48,921 bases of DNA from a virus (lineage: Duplodnaviria > Heunggongvirae > Uroviricota > Caudoviricetes), in the IMG/VR virus record IMGVR_UViG_2778261394_000010, one strand, 5' to 3'. Under the pieces are notes generated by a model. The model did not search any database and was not told the origin of the DNA. It saw only the letters and a list, made by a program, of their open reading frames with translations. Position numbers and translations under genes: made by a program. Below are positions 43,665-48,921 of this stretch, in pieces (the first letter of the stretch is position 1; every line of letters begins with the position of its first letter).

Positions 43665-44075
43665 TTGAATTTCAGCAGGCTCCGGGGAGTGCGAGGGGTG
43701 AAGCGGACGCGTGAACGTCGGTGTGACCAGCTGAAATCAACACAACACTTTATACCTCAGTCGCTTCAACGAGGCGGCTTAGTTATGACAACCGGCGGCC
43801 ATCCACCGCCTGAATACGCGCAGAAGTCTCTATATGTTCAGCAGCCCAGTTTACGGGCAGGAGTTTTTATGGTTCATCAACATTACGGAACGCAGACCGT
43901 TAATCGCGGCGCGGTCATGCCAGGAATGCTGGTCAAACACAAAGATGGTACCTGGACTGCATCAGCTAATTTACGCGGACGGCTTTATCTGCATCGCGGC
44001 ATCGAGCGCACTTATACCCGTGATTTGCTCGTGGAAGTTTTTCTCGACGGACGCGGTAACGGCCTGAATCACTAA
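43665..44075 (+). CDS. Hypothetical first gene of the pL operon; Arg-rich N-terminal motif if a non-ATG start is used (possible N-like protein)
   Basis: Open frame from 43665 (TTG); GTG at 43698 or ATG at 43780 are alternative starts; the upstream part encodes RLRGVRGVKRTRERR, reminiscent of N-protein arginine-rich motifs. Confidence 0.35.
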   Translation: MNFSRLRGVRGVKRTRERRCDQLKSTQHFIPQSLQRGGLVMTTGGHPPPEYAQKSLYVQQPSLRAGVFMVHQHYGTQTVNRGAVMPGMLVKHKDGTWTASANLRGRLYLHRGIERTYTRDLLVEVFLDGRGNGLNH

Positions 44076-44151
44076 CCCCCCTTTCCTGTTTTCCTAATCA
44101 GCCTGGCATTTCGCGGGCGCTATTTTCACAGCCATTTTCAGGAGTTCAGCC

Positions 44152-44448
44152 ATGAACGCTTATTACATTCAGGATCGTCTTGAGGCTCAGAGCTGGGCGC
44201 GTCACTACCAGCAGATCGCCCGTGAAGAGAAAGAGGCAGAACTGGCAGACGACATGGAAAAAGGCCTGCCCCAGCACCTGTTTGAATCGCTATGCATCGA
44301 TCATTTGCAACGCCACGGGGCCAGCAAAAAAGCCATTACCCGTGCGTTTGATGACGATGTTGAGTTTCAGGAGCGCATGGCAGAACACATCCGGTACATG
44401 GTTGAAACCATTGCTCACCACCAGGTTGATATTGATTCAGAGGTATAA
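44152..44448 (+). CDS. gam: Gam (RecBCD inhibitor), short form
   Basis: 98 aa [56 protein letters not shown]…, lambda GamS. Confidence 0.9.
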   Translation: MNAYYIQDRLEAQSWARHYQQIAREEKEAELADDMEKGLPQHLFESLCIDHLQRHGASKKAITRAFDDDVEFQERMAEHIRYMVETIAHHQVDIDSEV

Positions 44449-44453
44449 AACGA

Positions 44454-45239
44454 ATGAGTACAGCACTCGCAACGCTGGCAGGGAAGCTGGCTGAACGTGT
44501 CGGCATGGATTCTGTCGACCCACAGGAACTGATCACCACTCTTCGCCAGACGGCATTTAAAGGCGATGCCAGCGATGCGCAGTTCATCGCATTGCTGATC
44601 GTCGCCAACCAGTACGGCCTTAATCCGTGGACGAAAGAAATTTACGCCTTTCCTGATAAGCAGAACGGCATCGTTCCGGTGGTGGGCGTTGATGGCTGGT
44701 CCCGCATCATCAATGAAAACCAGCAGTTTGATGGCATGGACTTTGAGCAGGACAATGAATCCTGTACATGCCGGATTTACCGCAAGGACCGCAATCATCC
44801 GATCTGCGTTACCGAGTGGATGGATGAATGTCGCCGCGAACCATTCAAAACTCGCGAAGGCAGAGAAATCACGGGGCCGTGGCAGTCGCATCCCAAACGA
44901 ATGTTACGGCATAAAGCCATGATTCAGTGTGCCCGTCTGGCCTTCGGATTTGCTGGTATCTATGACAAGGATGAAGCCGAGCGCATTGTCGAAAATACTG
45001 CATACACTGCAGAACGCCAGCCGGAACGCGACATCACTCCGGTTAACGATGAAACCATGCAGGAGATTAACACTCTGCTGATCGCCCTGGATAAAACATG
45101 GGATGACGACTTATTGCCACTCTGTTCCCAGATATTTCGCCGCGACATTCGTGCATCGTCAGAACTGACACAGGCCGAAGCAGTAAAAGCTCTTGGATTC
45201 CTGAAACAGAAAGCCGCAGAGCAGAAGGTGGCAGCATGA
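44454..45239 (+). CDS. bet: Bet (Red-beta single-strand annealing protein)
   Basis: 261-aa [40 protein letters not shown]…, lambda Bet. Confidence 0.95.
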   Translation: MSTALATLAGKLAERVGMDSVDPQELITTLRQTAFKGDASDAQFIALLIVANQYGLNPWTKEIYAFPDKQNGIVPVVGVDGWSRIINENQQFDGMDFEQDNESCTCRIYRKDRNHPICVTEWMDECRREPFKTREGREITGPWQSHPKRMLRHKAMIQCARLAFGFAGIYDKDEAERIVENTAYTAERQPERDITPVNDETMQEINTLLIALDKTWDDDLLPLCSQIFRRDIRASSELTQAEAVKALGFLKQKAAEQKVAA

Positions 45240-45916
45240 CACCGGACATTATCCTGCAGCGTACCGGGATCGATGTGAGAGCTGTCGAACAGGGGGATGA
45301 TGCGTGGCACAAATTACGGCTCGGCGTCATCACCGCTTCAGAAGTTCACAACGTGATAGCAAAACCCCGCTCCGGAAAGAAGTGGCCTGACATGAAAATG
45401 TCCTACTTCCACACCCTGCTGGCTGAGGTTTGCACCGGTGTGGCTCCGGAAGTTAACGCTAAAGCGCTGGCCTGGGGAAAACAGTACGAGAACGACGCCA
45501 GAACCCTGTTTGAGTTCACTTCCGGCGTAAATGTTATTGAATCCCCGATCATCTATCGCGACGAAAGTATGCGCACCGCCTGCTCTCCCGATGGTTTATG
45601 CAGTGACGGCAATGGCCTTGAGCTGAAATGCCCGTTTACCTCCCGGGATTTCATGAAGTTCCGGCTCGGTGGTTTCGAGGCCATAAAGTCGGCTTACATG
45701 GCCCAGGTGCAGTACAGCATGTGGGTGACGCGAAAAGATGCCTGGTACTTTGCCAACTATGACCCGCGTATGAAGCGTGAAGGCCTGCATTATGTCGTGG
45801 TTGAGCGGGATGAAAAGTACATGGCGAGTTTTGACGAGATGGTGCCGGAGTTCATCGAAAAAATGGACGAGGCACTGGCTGAAATTGGTTTTGTATTTGG
45901 GGAGCAATGGCGATGA
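45236..45916 (+). CDS. exo: Exo (lambda exonuclease)
   Basis: 226-aa [47 protein letters not shown]…, lambda Exo. Confidence 0.95.
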   Translation: MTPDIILQRTGIDVRAVEQGDDAWHKLRLGVITASEVHNVIAKPRSGKKWPDMKMSYFHTLLAEVCTGVAPEVNAKALAWGKQYENDARTLFEFTSGVNVIESPIIYRDESMRTACSPDGLCSDGNGLELKCPFTSRDFMKFRLGGFEAIKSAYMAQVQYSMWVTRKDAWYFANYDPRMKREGLHYVVVERDEKYMASFDEMVPEFIEKMDEALAEIGFVFGEQWR

Positions 45917-46074
45917 AGCATCCTCACGATAATATCCGGGTAGGCACGATCACTTTCGTCTACTCCGTTACAAAGCGAGGCTGGATATTTCCCGGCCTTT
46001 CTGTTATCCGAAATCCCCTGAAAGCACAGCGGCTGGCTGAGGCGATAAATAATAAACGGGGGCTGTATGACTGA
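45913..46074 (+). CDS. Small hypothetical protein (53 aa) coupled to exo
   Basis: ATG overlaps the exo stop (ATGA); [53 protein letters not shown]; its stop overlaps the methylase start. Confidence 0.4.
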   Translation: MKHPHDNIRVGTITFVYSVTKRGWIFPGLSVIRNPLKAQRLAEAINNKRGLYD

Positions 46075-46624
46075 TTTCACCGGAAGCAATACTCCTGCCG
46101 AACATCGCGACAGCTGGCGCACACCACCAGAGATTTTTGCTGCGCTTAATGCAGAGTTCGTTTTTCAACTTGATGCTGCCGCCAGCGAAAAAAACCGACT
46201 ATGTCGGCTTTTTATCTCACAGGAGCAGAACACATTAACCACTTCATGGCCTGAAGCAATGGGATATGCCTCTGGTTATGTCTGGTTGAATCCACCATAC
46301 AGCAATATTTCCCCTTTTGTGAAAAAGGCAGCCACTGAAAACAAATTCAGTAGTGTGGGATGTGTAATGTTATTGCCTGCTGACACATCTGTCGGATGGT
46401 TTCATGAAGCGATACAAACCGCCAGTGAGGTCAGATTCATCACGGCAGGACGACTGGCATTTATTAACCCACTCACTGAGAAACCCGTCAGTGGAAATAA
46501 TAAAGGCTCGATGCTCATTATCTGGCACCCATACCCCCGTACACACTGCCACTTTACGACCGTTGATCGTGGAGAGTTGATGGCGTTCGGCTCAAGGATT
46601 CTTGCCCGTCGGGAGGCTGCATGA
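46067..46624 (+). CDS. DNA N6-adenine methyltransferase (phage Dam-like, orphan)
   Basis: 185 aa with catalytic NPPY motif (YVWLNPPYSN); no adjacent restriction endonuclease gene. Confidence 0.8.
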   Translation: MTDFTGSNTPAEHRDSWRTPPEIFAALNAEFVFQLDAAASEKNRLCRLFISQEQNTLTTSWPEAMGYASGYVWLNPPYSNISPFVKKAATENKFSSVGCVMLLPADTSVGWFHEAIQTASEVRFITAGRLAFINPLTEKPVSGNNKGSMLIIWHPYPRTHCHFTTVDRGELMAFGSRILARREAA

Positions 46625-46700
46625 CAACCACGGAATGCATTTTTCTGGCAGCGGGCTTCATATTCTGTGTGCTTATGCTTGCCGACATGGGACTTGTTCA

Positions 46701-46916
46701 ATGACACCTCAGCAGGAAAACGCCCTTCGCAGCATTGCCCGTCAGGCTAATTCTGAAATCAAAAAAGCCAGACAGCAGTTTCCGGATAAAAACGTCGATG
46801 ACATTTGCCGTAGCGTACTTAAGAAGCACCGCGAAACGGTAACGCTGATGGGATTCACACCGACTCATTTAAGCCTGGCGATCGGCATGTTAAACGGCGT
46901 CTTTAAGGAACGGTGA
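46701..46916 (+). CDS. Hypothetical protein
   Basis: ATG at 46701 gives MTPQQENALRSIARQANSEIKKARQQFPDKNVDDICRSVLKK…; the ORF track starts it at an upstream Met overlapping the methylase gene. Confidence 0.4.
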   Translation: MTPQQENALRSIARQANSEIKKARQQFPDKNVDDICRSVLKKHRETVTLMGFTPTHLSLAIGMLNGVFKER

Positions 46917-47014
46917 ACATGAAAAGCAAAATCATCAGGGAGCTACAGGCTCCTTTTTTATTGTTCGCATTCATCCTCAAGCGTATTAACCAACAATTCA
47001 GGGATTAATGGAAG

Positions 47015-47233
47015 ATGGCAGACATCATTGATTCAGCATCAGAAATCGAAGAATTACAGCGCAATACAGCAATAAAAATGCGTCGTCTGAACTACCAGAC
47101 TGTATCCGCAACTCATTGTTGTGAGTGTGGCGATCCGATAGATGAGCGAAGACGCCTGGCTGTTCAGGGTTGTCGGACTTGTGCAAGTTGCCAGGAGGAG
47201 ATCGAACTTAAGAACAAACAATGGGGACTGTGA
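47015..47233 (+). CDS. TraR/DksA-family C4 zinc-finger protein
   Basis: 72 aa with C-x2-C-x17-C-x2-C (CCECGDPIDERRRLAVQGCRTCASC). Confidence 0.75.
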   Translation: MADIIDSASEIEELQRNTAIKMRRLNYQTVSATHCCECGDPIDERRRLAVQGCRTCASCQEEIELKNKQWGL

Positions 47234-47280
47234 TGGCCTCAAAGCAGCAAATTTCAACATCGTCCAACTGAGGTGTAAAA

Positions 47281-47559
47281 ATGTTCAGAATCATTTTTCC
47301 TAACACCTGGTACGTCGACCACCACGGCACTCCCTGCAAAATCCTGCGTTCTACCCACAACAAAGTTCACTACATCCGAAAAGGCAGAACATGTATCGCC
47401 AGCATGTTCCGCTTTAATCATGACTTTGAACCTGTGAATAAAGCTGATGCAGATCGGATAGCAGAAGAGATCGAAACGGCAGAACACATTAAGAAGTTAC
47501 GTGACATGCGTTCAAAAAGCAGAGGTAACCATGGAATCATACAGCCTCACACTCGATGA
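47281..47559 (+). CDS. Hypothetical protein
   Basis: 92-aa ORF between the TraR-like gene and xis; no motif recognised. Confidence 0.35.
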   Translation: MFRIIFPNTWYVDHHGTPCKILRSTHNKVHYIRKGRTCIASMFRFNHDFEPVNKADADRIAEEIETAEHIKKLRDMRSKSRGNHGIIQPHTR

Positions 47560-47902
47560 GGCCTGTCAGTTTCTTAAGATATCCAGACCAACCGCCACCA
47601 ACTGGATACGAACAGGCCGCCTACAGGCAACACGTAAAGATCCAACCAAGCCAAAATCTCCTTACCTCACAACACGGCAAGCCTGCATTGCGGCGCTTCA
47701 GTCTCCGCTGCATACTGTCCAGGTGAGCGCGGGTGATGGCATAACAGAGGAAAGAAAATGTCACTCTTCCGCAGAAATGAAATATGGTATGCCTCGTATT
47801 CGCTCCCGGGCGGGAAACGAATTAAGGAATCTCTTGGCACAAAGGACAAGCGGCAAGCTCAGGAGTTGCACGACAAGCGAAAAGCAGAACTCTGGCGAGT
47901 AG
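47531..47902 (+). CDS. xis: Excisionase-like protein
   Basis: ATG at 47531 (SD AGAGGT) gives [36 protein letters not shown], an Xis-type HTH; directly upstream of and overlapping int. The long overlap makes the 3' end uncertain. Confidence 0.5.
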   Translation: MESYSLTLDEACQFLKISRPTATNWIRTGRLQATRKDPTKPKSPYLTTRQACIAALQSPLHTVQVSAGDGITEERKCHSSAEMKYGMPRIRSRAGNELRNLLAQRTSGKLRSCTTSEKQNSGE

Positions 47903-48921
47903 AAAAGCTAGGGGATTTACCTGATGTCACTTTTGAAGAGGCCTGCCTAAGATGGCTTGAGGAAAAAGCTGATAAAAAATCTCTCGATTCAGATAAAAGC
48001 CGGATTGAGTTCTGGCTTGAACATTTTGAGGGTATAAGGCTTAAAGATATCTCGGAGGCAAAAATTTACTCTGCTGTAAGCAGAATGCATAACAGAAAGA
48101 CGAAAGAAATATGGAAACAGAAAGTTCAGGCCGCCATCAGGAAAGGTAAAGAACCGCCTGTTTATGAACCAAAGCCAGTATCAACTCAGACAAAGGCAAA
48201 GCATCTTGCCATGATAAAGGCCATTCTCCGTGCTGCAGAACGCGACTGGAAGTGGCTGGAAAAAGCGCCTGTCATCAAGATACCAGCGGTCAGAAACAAG
48301 CGAGTCAGATGGCTGGAAAAGGAGGAAGCAAAACGCCTTATTGATGAGTGCCCCGAACCACTGAAATCTGTCGTCAAGTTTGCGCTGGCAACTGGTCTGA
48401 GAAAGTCGAACATCATAAATCTGGAATGGCAACAAATCGACATGCAGCGACGAGTTGCCTGGGTGAATCCAGAAGAGAGCAAATCAAACCGCGCCATTGG
48501 TGTGGCGCTGAACGATACCGCCTGTAAAGTGTTGCGTGATCAAATAGGCAAGCATCACAAATGGGTGTTTGTACATACCAAGGCGGCTAAGCGAGCAGAT
48601 GGAACATCAACGCCTGCGGTCAGGAAGATGCGCATCGACAGCAAGACATCATGGCTATCAGCTTGTCGTCGTGCAGGAATTGAAGATTTCCGTTTCCATG
48701 ACCTCAGACACACCTGGGCAAGCTGGCTGATTCAGTCAGGCGTCCCATTATCAGTGCTTCAGGAAATGGGCGGATGGGAGTCCATAGAAATGGTTCGTAG
48801 GTATGCTCACCTTGCGCCTAATCATTTGACAGAGCATGCGAGGAAAATAGACGACATTTTTGGTGATAATGTCCCAAATATGTCCCACTCTGGAATTATG
48901 GAGGATATAAAGAAGGCGTAA
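47758..48921 (+). CDS. int: Prophage tyrosine integrase (DLP12 IntD-like); stop codon is the last triplet of the window
   Basis: 387-aa [45 protein letters not shown]… with catalytic [11 protein letters not shown]…GGWES…VRRYAHL motifs. Confidence 0.9.
   Translation: MSLFRRNEIWYASYSLPGGKRIKESLGTKDKRQAQELHDKRKAELWRVEKLGDLPDVTFEEACLRWLEEKADKKSLDSDKSRIEFWLEHFEGIRLKDISEAKIYSAVSRMHNRKTKEIWKQKVQAAIRKGKEPPVYEPKPVSTQTKAKHLAMIKAILRAAERDWKWLEKAPVIKIPAVRNKRVRWLEKEEAKRLIDECPEPLKSVVKFALATGLRKSNIINLEWQQIDMQRRVAWVNPEESKSNRAIGVALNDTACKVLRDQIGKHHKWVFVHTKAAKRADGTSTPAVRKMRIDSKTSWLSACRRAGIEDFRFHDLRHTWASWLIQSGVPLSVLQEMGGWESIEMVRRYAHLAPNHLTEHARKIDDIFGDNVPNMSHSGIMEDIKKA

Overview
The window is almost an entire lambda-like prophage read in reverse orientation: tail genes (J partial, I, K, L, M, H, G/G-T, V, U, Z), head genes (FII, FI, E, D, C/Nu3, B, W, A, Nu1), cos, a phage-21-type lysis cassette with bor and a porin moron, Q, the nin region (rusA, ybcO, ninE, ybcN), ren, P, O with ori iterons, a cro/cI immunity region, a short pL operon (gam, bet, exo), a Dam-like methylase, xis and int. 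Calls rest on reading the translated ORFs against remembered lambda and DLP12 proteins; no search was run. Main finding: the major capsid gene E is split by a 10.9-kb integrase-bearing, satellite-like element (about 11803..22722) flanked by a 10-bp direct repeat. The element carries a tyrosine integrase, two AlpA-like proteins, a primase-helicase beside an iteron origin, an SSB, its own diverged E-like and D-like capsid genes, a cos-like site with altered cosN, and AT-rich cargo genes. Second finding: an uncharacterised two-gene module (kinase-fold protein plus overlapping partner) sits between cI and OL, where lambda carries rexAB.
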